A DNA stretch of 32,000 nucleotides from Acaryochloris marina S15 (GTDB lineage: Bacteria; Cyanobacteriota; Cyanobacteriia; Thermosynechococcales; Thermosynechococcaceae). The notes under the pieces were generated by a model that was not told the origin of the DNA, ran no database searches, and saw only the letters and a list, made by a program, of their open reading frames with translations. Location: NCBI RefSeq assembly GCF_018336915.1, contig NZ_CP064923.1:5310001-5342000 (forward strand). The letters are read 5' to 3'. Positions 1-8,685 of the stretch are shown piece by piece. The position numbers and the translations under genes are program-made. Positions within the stretch are counted from its first letter, which is position 1. Every line of letters begins with the position of its first letter.

Positions 1-451
1 ATTGGGGCACAAAGCTATAGTTATTGTCCAATGAGCATAAGCAAGAAAACCGGGTATTGGTCACCACCAACTGCTCTGTGCCCCACGCCAATTCATGCAC
101 AGCAATTTCGCTGGTATAGTGAGCGCCTCGAGTTAAAAAACAAGCATCATGTGTGTTGGGCTCACCGACAGAAGCCGCTAGTTCGGGCGCATTCTTCAGA
201 AAATAGATCCAATCTTTACCTCCCACAGCGATCTGTTTGGAGCTGGCTGCGACTCCCATGGCTTGCTCAAAATTATGGAAAGAAATCTGAAGTGCCTGGT
301 CATGAACGCCAACAACCACAAGTTTGCCAGCTTGATACGTAGATAGCAGAAGAGACGCATTCAATTGCATCAGTAATGGCACCAGATTATTAGAGTACTG
401 ATAACGTACTTCTCGTTCGGGAAAATTCTCTGAAGCTGTATTTTTTTGCAT
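1..451 (-). CDS. TIGR03032-family conserved hypothetical protein, N-terminal ~150 aa (gene runs off the left edge)
   Basis: Absent from the ORF track because it has no stop inside the window. The reverse complement from ATG (451..449) reads open to position 1: MQKNTASENFPEREVRYQYSNNLVPLLMQLNASLLLSTYQAGKLVVVG...HDACFLTRGAHYTSEIAVHELAWG...VVTNTRFSCLCSLDNNYSFVPQ. I associate the STYQAGK, HDACFL and NTRFSCLC blocks with the uncharacterised TIGR03032 family. Confidence 0.6.
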   Translation of the reverse strand, partial: MQKNTASENFPEREVRYQYSNNLVPLLMQLNASLLLSTYQAGKLVVVGVHDQALQISFHNFEQAMGVAASSKQIAVGGKDWIYFLKNAPELAASVGEPNTHDACFLTRGAHYTSEIAVHELAWGTEQLVVTNTRFSCLCSLDNNYSFVPQ

Positions 452-1342
452 AAAAGGTTATGACATCCCAAGAAATTTCAAGCCTGCTTTATGCCCAAAA
501 TTACAGCTGACTCTTTGCATGCCATTGAACACTGTTGCTACTATATCTAATCAGTTGCGATATAAGTCTTGGGAACAAGTATTAGGATATTTATTTAATA
601 CTTAAAAAGTATCAGATAACTCTGGCAAGATAATAAAAAAAATTATTAAGACTCTACAAATTCCATCAAAAATACCTACAAAAAAATATCACTTTGGTAT
701 ATGATTTATACGGACATTAAATCTATTTTTTAAAAAAATAGGTTTAATCGATATCTTAAAAATTTCAATAGATAGACTGTCCACAGCCTTTTTAGTGCAG
801 TGTCTCAATTGAGTGCAATTAAAAAAACGTCGCACATTATCACCCTTCATCTGTCAGGAGATCTCTGCAATACTTGAGCACTGTTTAACCTATATAAACG
901 CAAATCCAAAGAAGCTTTGCCATAACCATATGGCTAGCTATACTTCTGCCTGAGTCTTTTCAGGTCCAGTCTAATTTTTTTGTGGACTGAAGAAATATAT
1001 AAAGCATAATGCTATCGATTCGAGATATAGACATATATTCAGAGGATATATACAATCTTCCTGAATAAAATCAGTTATAGGTCAAATAATTAGCTCAAAT
1101 CAAAACACTTTAGATCGAAAAACTTACAAGTGCAGCCTAGACTTAGAAATACATGCTTACTTAAAAGAGCTTATTTTTTTGCTTGTTTTTAGCACTTAAA
1201 TATCGAAGTACTTCATCTAGGTTAATCCAATTAACACTGGCATGCTTCAGCACTATTCATATATAAATAACTAACTTTTTTTATTCAATATCTTGCAATC
1301 TCTATTCACTTTTCTTGTTGGAAATAATGTGAGATTCTCAAA

Positions 1343-3820
1343 ATGAACTCTAACAATATTGCATTAACTACAGAAATCACAGGAGCACGCCTTCTCAAAG
1401 ATATCACCCCAGACGGTACGTCTAGATTTCCAGGTGATGACTCCGGTTCTAATCCATCGAACTTGACCGAATTCGATGGCAAGCTATTTTTTTCAGCGGA
1501 TGATGGAACCAATGGAAGCGAGCTGTGGATTAGTGACAGGACTACTAATGGCACACAGCTTTTAAAAGATATTAATCCAATCGAAAGGTACTATAACAGT
1601 CTCTATGCATCTAGATATAGATCTTCTAGTTCTAATCCATCGAACTTGACCGAATTCGATGGCAAGCTATTTTTTTCAGCGGATGATGGAACCAATGGAA
1701 GCGAGCTATGGATTAGTGACGGGACTATTAATGGCACACAACTCTTAAAAGATATTAATCCAGGAAGCTCGTATAGGGGAATCCCATCCCCAGGTGGCCG
1801 GCGGCCTAATAGCTCTCGTATAGCTAACTTCATCGAACTCGATGGTAAGTTATTTTTTACCGCGACTGATGGCACCTCCGGAGAAGAACTTTGGGTCAGT
1901 GATGGGACGGTTGACGGTACACAACTGCTAAAAGATATTTATCCTGGAAGCTCATTTGAGTCTCGCATAAACCGGGGTTTGCGGCCCAACAGCTCTGGTA
2001 TATCGAACTTGACCGAATTCGATGGCAAGCTATTTTTTTCAGCGGATGATGGTATCAACGGACGGGAGCTTTGGGTTAGTGACGGCACTGAGAATGGCAC
2101 GCAACTCTTAAAAGATATAAATCCAGGGATTTTATTGAGTAATGGTTCTGCAGCAGGCTCTATTCCATCTAACTTGACCAAATTCGACGACAAACTATTT
2201 TTTACCGCAAATGATGGCATCTCTGGACCAGAACTTTGGGTCAGTGACGGGACCACCGATGGCACACAACTCTTAAAAGATATAAATCCAGGAATCTCAT
2301 ATAGGCAATATGGGCCTAACTATCCCATACCGTTTGGCTCTGATATATCTAGCTTGACTGAGTTCGATGGCAAGCTATTTTTTACTGCAAATGATGGAAT
2401 CAACGGACAGGAGCTTTGGGTTAGTGACGGCACTGAGAATGGAACACAACTCCTCAAAGACATAAATCTAGGAAGCTCATCCAATATATTTAACTTAACC
2501 GAAGTTAATGGCAAGCTATTTTTTACTGCGAATGATGGAATCAACGGACAGGAGCTTTGGGTTAGTGACGGCACTGAGAATGGAACACAACTCCTCAAAG
2601 ACATAAATCCTCCCAATCAACAAGATGGGTATATTTCAAAACTAGTCGTTGCCGGGAATCTATTCTTTTTCACAACAGGCTTTGATGGAGAATTATGGAT
2701 TAGTAATGGCACCCGTGAAGGAACGTTGCTTTACCAAGATATTAATCCAGAAGGTGGTTCATTTCCTGAAGAGTTAACTGTCGTTGGCAATCAACTATTC
2801 TTTACGGCTGATGATGGTGTCACTGGCAAAGAGCCCTGGGTCCTCAACATTCCAGACAATTTAGTTGTGGGCGATGCGAATAACAATATTCTCAGCGGAA
2901 ATGCTGGAGTCGATTTGATCAGTGGTTTAGATGGAAATGACATTATTCGTGGCCGTGGTAATAATGACACTCTGGATGGAGCCAGTGGTGATGATGTCTT
3001 ATTTGGAGATGAAGGTAACGACAGACTTAGCGGCAGAGCTGGTAATGATCAGATTTTTGGTGACCAAGGTAACGACGGACTTAGCGGCGGAGCTGGTAAC
3101 GACATTCTTGAGGGAGGCACTGGTGATGACGAGTTGCAAGGGGATGCTGGTGATGATGTAATCAACGCAGGCAGCGGAAACGATTCGGTTCGTGTGACTG
3201 ATTTCTTGGGCGTAGACAACTTTGATGGAGGGCCTGGAACAGACTTGATTCGATTTACTCCCACAGATAATCGCAACCTACTGGTTTCCCTCGAGGGTGG
3301 ATTTGTTGGTGATGGGAGAGTTGGGGGGCAGTTTTTTGAAAACTTTGAGCAATTTATAGCAGGCGGCGGCAATGACCGAATCTTAGGGGACAGTAGAGAT
3401 ACTCTACTGAATGGAGGAGATGGTAATGATGAGATCAGGGGTGAAGCAGGCCAAGATACACTGATCGGTGAAAGCGGCTCTGATACATTAATCGGCGGTC
3501 AAGGAGCGGATGTTCTCAATGGTGGTTTGGGTAGTGACGTGTTAATTGGTGATCAGGGTGTCAATACGTTTCAATTTGATCAAACATTAAGCACGTTTTT
3601 CTTTTTTGATCGCAGTATGGATGTAGACACGATCTTAAATTTTGAGACTGAAGATGTATTAGATTTTTCTGGCTATCTTGATGCTAGAGGTTCCATCGAG
3701 GCCACCAGAGTCACAGATAATTTTCTTCGCATTAATCTGGACCTAAACAAGACTATTCAAATTTTTGGCACTGCCCAAGGTTTAAATAGCGCTGAAACTC
3801 AAATTGAGCCATTGCTATAA
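1343..3820 (+). CDS. ELWxxDGT-repeat (beta-propeller-like) protein with two RTX hemolysin-type Ca-binding blocks; probable type I secretion substrate
   Basis: 825-aa ORF starting at ATG. It has nine units of the form NLTEFDGKLFF(S/T)A(D/N)DG.NG.ELW(V/I)SDGT..GTQLLKDINPG. GGxGxDxxx nonapeptides occur at ~2871-3190 (GNAGVDLISGLDGNDIIRGRGNNDTLDGASGDDVLFGDEGNDRL...) and ~3360-3560. There is no N-terminal signal peptide. The C-terminal D.ILNF...DVLDFSG segment is typical of RTX secretion-signal regions. Confidence 0.85.
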   Translation: MNSNNIALTTEITGARLLKDITPDGTSRFPGDDSGSNPSNLTEFDGKLFFSADDGTNGSELWISDRTTNGTQLLKDINPIERYYNSLYASRYRSSSSNPSNLTEFDGKLFFSADDGTNGSELWISDGTINGTQLLKDINPGSSYRGIPSPGGRRPNSSRIANFIELDGKLFFTATDGTSGEELWVSDGTVDGTQLLKDIYPGSSFESRINRGLRPNSSGISNLTEFDGKLFFSADDGINGRELWVSDGTENGTQLLKDINPGILLSNGSAAGSIPSNLTKFDDKLFFTANDGISGPELWVSDGTTDGTQLLKDINPGISYRQYGPNYPIPFGSDISSLTEFDGKLFFTANDGINGQELWVSDGTENGTQLLKDINLGSSSNIFNLTEVNGKLFFTANDGINGQELWVSDGTENGTQLLKDINPPNQQDGYISKLVVAGNLFFFTTGFDGELWISNGTREGTLLYQDINPEGGSFPEELTVVGNQLFFTADDGVTGKEPWVLNIPDNLVVGDANNNILSGNAGVDLISGLDGNDIIRGRGNNDTLDGASGDDVLFGDEGNDRLSGRAGNDQIFGDQGNDGLSGGAGNDILEGGTGDDELQGDAGDDVINAGSGNDSVRVTDFLGVDNFDGGPGTDLIRFTPTDNRNLLVSLEGGFVGDGRVGGQFFENFEQFIAGGGNDRILGDSRDTLLNGGDGNDEIRGEAGQDTLIGESGSDTLIGGQGADVLNGGLGSDVLIGDQGVNTFQFDQTLSTFFFFDRSMDVDTILNFETEDVLDFSGYLDARGSIEATRVTDNFLRINLDLNKTIQIFGTAQGLNSAETQIEPLL
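1370..2860 (+). repeat. In-frame tandem coding repeats (9 units, period 138-183 nt) encoding the ELWxxDGT modules
   Basis: The E(L/P)W codon triplets lie at 1520, 1703, 1886, 2066, 2231, 2411, 2552, 2690 and 2831. Segment 1446-1525 is identical to 1628-1707 (~80 nt). Segment 2369-2468 matches 2510-2609 with one mismatch in 100 nt. Confidence 0.85.
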
Positions 3821-3955
3821 AGGGAAGCAGATACAACGATCTAAAAGTCTAAATATACCTACGAGGAGATAGGGTTAACATTAACCTGAACCCCCCCTCT
3901 TTTTTCATCCCTTGGTATCCTGAAGACAGCGTTCAACAAACCCTAGAGCATCGCA

Positions 3956-5149
3956 ATGACAGGAATCCAGCCAACAATTTGTATCTTAGGGGGTGGCTTT
4001 GGGGGGCTCTACACAGCGCTACGCTTGAGCCAGCTCCCGTGGAATGAGCTGAAACCCCAAATTTTTTTAGTGGATCAGAATGATCATTTCCTGTTTTCAC
4101 CCTTACTGTATGAATTGGTTACAGGAGAACTCCAGTCTTGGGAAATTGCCCCACCCTACAGCGAACTCCTAGCCAATACAGAAGTGCGTTTTATTCAAAG
4201 CGCTGTTAAGGAGATTGATGTAGCTCAGCAGCAGGTTACCTTATCTGATCAATCCATCTCCTACGATCGCTTAGTCCTAGCACTAGGAGGAGAAACACCT
4301 CTACACCAAGTTCCTGGATCAGCGGAATATGCCCTGCCGTTTCGGACGGTGCAAGATGCCTATCGCCTTGAAGATCGATTACGAACCTTAGAAACATCCG
4401 AAGCGCCAAAAATTCGAGTGGCTGTGGTGGGGGCTGGCCCTAGTGGCGTGGAACTCGCCTGTAAGTTAGCGGATCGTTTAGGCGATCGCGGTCGGATACG
4501 GCTGATCGAACGGAATAATCAAATTCTCAAATCAGCCCCTGAATTCAATCAAGCAGCGGCCGAAAAAGCCTTAGAAAAACGACAAGTTTGGACGGATCTA
4601 GAGACCAGTATTGAATCCCTAGAAGCCAAGCAAATGACGCTTAGGTATAAGGATAAACCCGATACGCTCCCCGTAGACTTGGTATTGTGGACGGTGGGAA
4701 CTGCGATCTCACAGCCGATTCAAGCCTTACCTCTTCTCCATAATGACCTCGGCCAACTCTTAACTGACCCAACCCTGCAGGTCCAAGACTCACCTAATAT
4801 TTTCGCCTTGGGTGATTTAGCAGACTGTCGTGATCCGCAAGGAAAGCCGAATCCCAAAACGGCCCAAGTGGCTATTCAACAAGCAGATTGTGTAGGGTGG
4901 AACCTGTGGGCTTCCTTAACCCAACGGCCATTACTGCCGTTTCACTACACTCATCTGGGAGAAATGCTGACCTTAGGAGAAGACTCAGCTGCCATGTCTG
5001 GACTGGGCGTACAGCTCGATGGCCCCCTCGCATTTATGGCTCGACGTTTGATTTATCTTTACCGCATGCCCACCCTCGACCATCAGCTTAAAATTGGGTT
5101 TAACTGGATGTTCAAACCTGTTTTATCCGCCCTCAACACAGCTAGATAG
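3956..5149 (+). CDS. ndbB: Type II NAD(P)H dehydrogenase (NDH-2), NdbB/NDC1-like
   Basis: 397 aa. N-terminal Rossmann motif ICILGGGFGGLYTALRL and a second dinucleotide motif VAVVGAGPSGVELA. The C-terminal GDLADC block is typical of NDH-2. Size and N-terminus resemble cyanobacterial NdbB, so the symbol is tentative. Confidence 0.8.
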   Translation: MTGIQPTICILGGGFGGLYTALRLSQLPWNELKPQIFLVDQNDHFLFSPLLYELVTGELQSWEIAPPYSELLANTEVRFIQSAVKEIDVAQQQVTLSDQSISYDRLVLALGGETPLHQVPGSAEYALPFRTVQDAYRLEDRLRTLETSEAPKIRVAVVGAGPSGVELACKLADRLGDRGRIRLIERNNQILKSAPEFNQAAAEKALEKRQVWTDLETSIESLEAKQMTLRYKDKPDTLPVDLVLWTVGTAISQPIQALPLLHNDLGQLLTDPTLQVQDSPNIFALGDLADCRDPQGKPNPKTAQVAIQQADCVGWNLWASLTQRPLLPFHYTHLGEMLTLGEDSAAMSGLGVQLDGPLAFMARRLIYLYRMPTLDHQLKIGFNWMFKPVLSALNTAR

Positions 5150-5334
5150 AAGCGGTAAAGTTGGTCCCTACAAGCAAGACAGGAAAGCAAATCAGAACGG
5201 TTCTGAGTTTGCGGTATAGTGATTGGGGTATAACTGGATTTATGCCATAGATACACTCGTTTTTTTGCACGCAGTCGATTGATCTTTGTAGGTATCAGTA
5301 TCTGCAATCAACACCCTATAGGAGTAATTTGGTT

Positions 5335-5943
5335 ATGTCGCAACACGAAGCGCATGAATGTTTACGGGTCGGCCAGTCCGCACCTGACTTTACAGCAACG
5401 GCTGTTTACGACCAAGAATTTAGTGAAGTCAAACTCTCCAATTACCGGGGTAAATACGTCGTCATCTTTTTCTATCCCCTTGATTTCACCTTCGTGTGTC
5501 CGACGGAAATTACAGCATTTAGTGATCGCTATGATGCCTTTAAGAACTTAAATACTGAAGTTCTAGGTATTTCTGTAGACAGCGAGTTCTCCCACTTAGC
5601 TTGGACCCAGACCGACCGCAAATCTGGAGGAGTCGGCGACCTCAACTACCCATTGGTTTCTGACATTAAAAAAGAAATTAGCACTGCCTATAACGTTCTA
5701 GATCCAGATGCTGGTGTTGCCTTAAGAGGTCTCTTTATCATTGATAAAGAAGGCGTTGTACAACATGCCACCATTAACAACCTCGCCTTCGGCCGTAACG
5801 TTGATGAAACCCTGCGCACCTTGCAGGCTATTCAACATGTTCAGTCTCATCCCGATGAGGTTTGTCCAGCAGGCTGGCAGCCAGGGGATAAGACTATGAA
5901 CCCTGATCCAGTGAAATCTAAGGTTTACTTTGAATCCATCTAA
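5335..5943 (+). CDS. Typical 2-Cys peroxiredoxin
   Basis: Peroxidatic Cys motif [14 protein letters not shown] and resolving Cys motif EVCPAGW. The track ORF starts at TTG 5329. ATG at 5335, preceded by AGGAG at ~5320, is the more likely start. Confidence 0.95.
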   Translation: MSQHEAHECLRVGQSAPDFTATAVYDQEFSEVKLSNYRGKYVVIFFYPLDFTFVCPTEITAFSDRYDAFKNLNTEVLGISVDSEFSHLAWTQTDRKSGGVGDLNYPLVSDIKKEISTAYNVLDPDAGVALRGLFIIDKEGVVQHATINNLAFGRNVDETLRTLQAIQHVQSHPDEVCPAGWQPGDKTMNPDPVKSKVYFESI

Positions 5944-5971
5944 CATATTTTAGGCAACATTTAAGTTGCAA

Positions 5972-6016
5972 CATAGCCCTCAAATACTCACAGAGCTTGC
6001 GTATTTGAGGGCTATG
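5972..6016. terminator. Perfect 16-bp stem-loop between the convergent prx and GT2 genes
   Basis: CATAGCCCTCAAATAC (5972-5987) and GTATTTGAGGGCTATG (6001-6016) are exact reverse complements separated by a 13-nt loop. No U-tract follows on either strand, so terminator function is inferred only from its position. Confidence 0.45.
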
Positions 6017-6120
6017 TCGTTGGCCCTTCATAGGTCATACAAGCCTTTGCTTTGCCGAGATTGCTAACCAGATTCAACAACCTGATAGATGGCAATATGC
6101 TTATCACCTGGCTTATGCCT

Positions 6121-7110
6121 TCAGTCTGTGGAATTTGTTTGGACAACTTCTCTTACCCGGTAGATAGGGCGACTTTGCGACTCATGGTAGGTTCGCATTA
6201 AGAGCTCTGCTAACAATCCAATTGAAAAGAGCTGAATCCCTGTCAATAAAAGCACAGCGGATAAAATCAGCAAGGGGCGGTCGGCAATCCCTTCACTCAA
6301 GCCGTACTTTAAAAACACTAAATAGCCACCCGTCAAGACCCCTAAGCTAGTAAAGGTAATCCCCAAAAGCCCAAAAACATGCATGGGACGAGTTAAAAAG
6401 GTTTTCATAAAGGATACGGTCAACAAATCCATGACCACCCGGAAAGTCCGATCTAGTCCATACTTGCTTTGACCAAATTGGCGGGCATGATGACGCACAG
6501 GCAGCTCCGCAATTCTGGCACCTTCAATAAAAGCTAACGCCGGTAAAAATCGGTGTAATTCTCCATACAGGTTCATATCAGCAATCAGCTCTGCTCGATA
6601 GGCCTTCAGGGAACAACCATAATCATGCAGCTTAACTCCTGTAATCCACCCAATCATCAAGTTGGCAATCTTAGATGGGAGCAAGCGCGTCAACGCAGCA
6701 TCTTGTCGATCTTTACGCCAACCACTGACCAAATCGTATCCTTCATTCATTTTGGCCAACAGCAATGGAATATCAGCTGGCTCATTTTGCAAGTCACCAT
6801 CAAGGGTGACAAAAATCTCGCCGTGGGCATGGTTAAATCCAGCAGACATGGCAGCCGTTTGTCCATAATTTCGGCGCAACACAACTCCCCGTAGCCGGGG
6901 GTATAGATCCACTTGTTTTCTTAACAACTCAGTCGTACCATCTACCGAGCCATCATCTACACAGATTATTTCATAATTGACCTGAGTATCATTTAGGGTA
7001 TCTGAAATCCTACAAATGAGATGCTCCAGGCTTTCGACCTCATTATAGATGGGGATAATGACCGATATTTCGGGCTGAGTGATCTTGGCTTTTTGGTCTT
7101 GCATTAGCAT
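6121..7110 (-). CDS. gtrB: Polyisoprenyl-phosphate hexosyltransferase, GT2 family (GtrB/ArnC/DPM1-like)
   Basis: 329 aa. It has ISVIIPIYNE, CVDDGSVDGT, a DGDLQ (DxD) motif, and two C-terminal TM helices (HVFGLLGITFTSLGVLTGGYLVF, LLILSAVLLLTGIQLFSIGLLAELL). This is the GtrB architecture. Confidence 0.8.
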   Translation of the reverse strand: MLMQDQKAKITQPEISVIIPIYNEVESLEHLICRISDTLNDTQVNYEIICVDDGSVDGTTELLRKQVDLYPRLRGVVLRRNYGQTAAMSAGFNHAHGEIFVTLDGDLQNEPADIPLLLAKMNEGYDLVSGWRKDRQDAALTRLLPSKIANLMIGWITGVKLHDYGCSLKAYRAELIADMNLYGELHRFLPALAFIEGARIAELPVRHHARQFGQSKYGLDRTFRVVMDLLTVSFMKTFLTRPMHVFGLLGITFTSLGVLTGGYLVFLKYGLSEGIADRPLLILSAVLLLTGIQLFSIGLLAELLMRTYHESQSRPIYRVREVVQTNSTD

Positions 7111-7387
7111 TGGTAATTTTATCTCACTCGCTATTCATTAACTCACTTCAGAGGACTTCATTCAAGAAAACTGCCAAGAACGGTATTTAGAGCATTTTTC
7201 GCAACTCAACGACCCAGATAAAGCTCAAATACCTTCTATAACTAACATTATTTAGGACCAATACTCGCCTCTTCTAGAAGGTAAACTTGGGTAAAATACT
7301 TGAGTGCTAAATTCTTAGCAATACCAAATAACGTTCATTAAAGCCTTTTTACCTGAAGGCCTAACACCTTTAGTATTAGAGAACCAC

Positions 7388-7972
7388 ATGAGGATTCTAC
7401 TCTTAGCTCCACATCCATTTTTCCAGACCCGTGGTACACCGATCGCAGTTGATCTTATGCTCAGAGTGCTATCAGAGAGGGGAGATCAGGTTGATATGCT
7501 GACTTTCCCAGAAGGGGATGATGTTGTCTATGACAACGTGCGGATCTATCGGACTCCTAAATTACCATTTATTAAAAATATCAGTCCAGGTTTTTCTGGG
7601 AAAAAACTGGTCTGTGATGGTTTTATGCTGATCCAGGCTATTAACCTCTGTTTGAAGTATAAATATGATATCGTCCATTCGGTTGAAGAATCGGCTTTTA
7701 TCGCGTTGGTTCTTAAAGTCGTGTTTAGAACACCCTATATCTATGATATGGACTCATCCCTGGCACAGCAAATGATTGAGAAATTTTCATTTCTCTCGTC
7801 TTTGCGCTTTCTCTTCAATGCTTTTGAAAGACTGGCCGTCCAACAAGCCAAAGTGGTGATACCTGTTTGCGAAACCTTATCTGAAGATATTCAAGTCTAC
7901 AAACCGAAGCGAGTGGTTGTTTTACCAGACATTTCGCTTTTAGATTACTCTGCCCCGAATAAAAAGGCATAA
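7388..7972 (+). CDS. GT4-family (GT-B fold) glycosyltransferase, N-terminal acceptor domain only (split gene, part 1)
   Basis: MRILLLAPHPFFQTRGTPIAVDLMLRVLSERGDQVDMLTF is a typical GT4 N-terminus. The ORF ends (..VVVLPDISLLDYSAPNKKA*) exactly where the interdomain linker of GT4 enzymes lies. Confidence 0.65.
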   Translation: MRILLLAPHPFFQTRGTPIAVDLMLRVLSERGDQVDMLTFPEGDDVVYDNVRIYRTPKLPFIKNISPGFSGKKLVCDGFMLIQAINLCLKYKYDIVHSVEESAFIALVLKVVFRTPYIYDMDSSLAQQMIEKFSFLSSLRFLFNAFERLAVQQAKVVIPVCETLSEDIQVYKPKRVVVLPDISLLDYSAPNKKA

Positions 7973-7994
7973 CTGATGAATAGAATCATCTGCA

Positions 7995-8642
7995 GTGACG
8001 AAATCTCACCCGTCCAATATGGATAATATCAACGAAAATATCAGAGAGCACTGTCAGCCTGATGAGCTCATTCTGATGTATGTCGGTAATTTAGAGCTTT
8101 ATCAGGGGATTGATTTGCTGCTGGATGGCTTTAAAGTAGCTCAGAATCTTGCTCTTAATGTCCCTTTAAAGCTCGTCATTATCGGCGGTAAAGATGGCGA
8201 CATTGCAAAATATAAGTTAAAAACGAAAAATATCGGCATTGACCACCAAGTTTTATTCTTAGGGCAACGCTCGGTAGAGAATCTAGGGTACTATCTCGCC
8301 CAAGCAGACATCCTGCTCTCTCCTCGCATTAAAGGAAGAAATACGCCAATGAAATTGTATTCTTATCTTGATAGTGGTAAGCCCGTCCTCGCCACTGATT
8401 TGCCAACGCATAATTGGGTTCTGGATAATGAGGTGGCAGTGCTCAGTGCGCCTAACCCAGAAGCGTTTGCCCAGGGAATTATCCACCTAGCCAACCATCC
8501 TCAAATTAGACAAACCCTCGCAGTCGCCGCCAAGAAAATGGTGCAACAAAGGCACTCATTTTCTGCTTATAAGCAGCAGCTCAATAGCTTATATGATTCA
8601 TTACAGTTAGAGTTCAACAATGCTGCCTCAATTGATCAATAA
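7995..8642 (+). CDS. GT4-family glycosyltransferase, C-terminal nucleotide-sugar donor domain only (split gene, part 2)
   Basis: ILMYVGNLELYQGIDLLLDGF...LVIIGG...VLFLGQRS...ADILLSPRIKGRNTPMKLYSYLDSGKPVLATD matches the Glycos_transf_1 core. It lies in a different frame from part 1. The start is uncertain (GTG 7995 or ATG 8019) and there is no clear SD. Confidence 0.65.
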   Translation: MTKSHPSNMDNINENIREHCQPDELILMYVGNLELYQGIDLLLDGFKVAQNLALNVPLKLVIIGGKDGDIAKYKLKTKNIGIDHQVLFLGQRSVENLGYYLAQADILLSPRIKGRNTPMKLYSYLDSGKPVLATDLPTHNWVLDNEVAVLSAPNPEAFAQGIIHLANHPQIRQTLAVAAKKMVQQRHSFSAYKQQLNSLYDSLQLEFNNAASIDQ

Positions 8643-8685
8643 TATGCTCTATTTTCAGCCAAAGCGTTAGGATGCCACTGGTTTT

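Noticed and set aside
31-342. 103-aa plus-strand ORF from the track
   Set aside because: It lies entirely antisense to an open minus-strand frame carrying conserved TIGR03032-type motifs. Its own sequence has no recognisable features, so I treat it as a shadow ORF.
1306-2616. Four minus-strand ORFs (82-108 aa) with mutually similar sequences (…SLPSNSVKFDGLE…)
   Set aside because: They are antisense images of the ELWxxDGT tandem repeats. Their similarity to each other only reflects the plus-strand repeat, and the plus frame is continuous for 825 codons.
1370-2860. Regularly spaced repeats that might be mistaken for a CRISPR array or satellite
   Set aside because: The period is 138-183 nt and all units are in frame inside one long ORF encoding a known protein repeat. 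There is no short direct-repeat/unique-spacer architecture.
2931-3372. ORFs 2931..3161 (+) and 3049..3372 (-) inside the RTX region
   Set aside because: The GGxGxD nonapeptide codon periodicity keeps alternative frames open by composition. The products (MV-rich and P/S-rich) are low-complexity artefacts.
3863-3905. Possible terminator after the RTX gene (G-rich 3863-3874, C7 run 3891-3897, then CTCTTTTTT)
   Set aside because: Only short interrupted helices can be drawn (GAGG/CCTC and GGG/CCC with a large internal loop). That is too weak to call as a feature.
4888-5551. Small ORFs 4888..5091 (+), 5083..5307 (-) and 5279..5551 (+)
   Set aside because: They overlap the well-supported NDH-2 or peroxiredoxin frames or span the intergenic region. 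They have no motifs and no start context.
7966-7997. A single-nucleotide frameshift or sequencing error in the A-run as the explanation for the split GT4
   Set aside because: The upstream frame closes at 7970-7972 and the downstream frame is blocked by TGA TGA at 7974-7979. The two open frames never overlap, so one indel cannot rejoin them.
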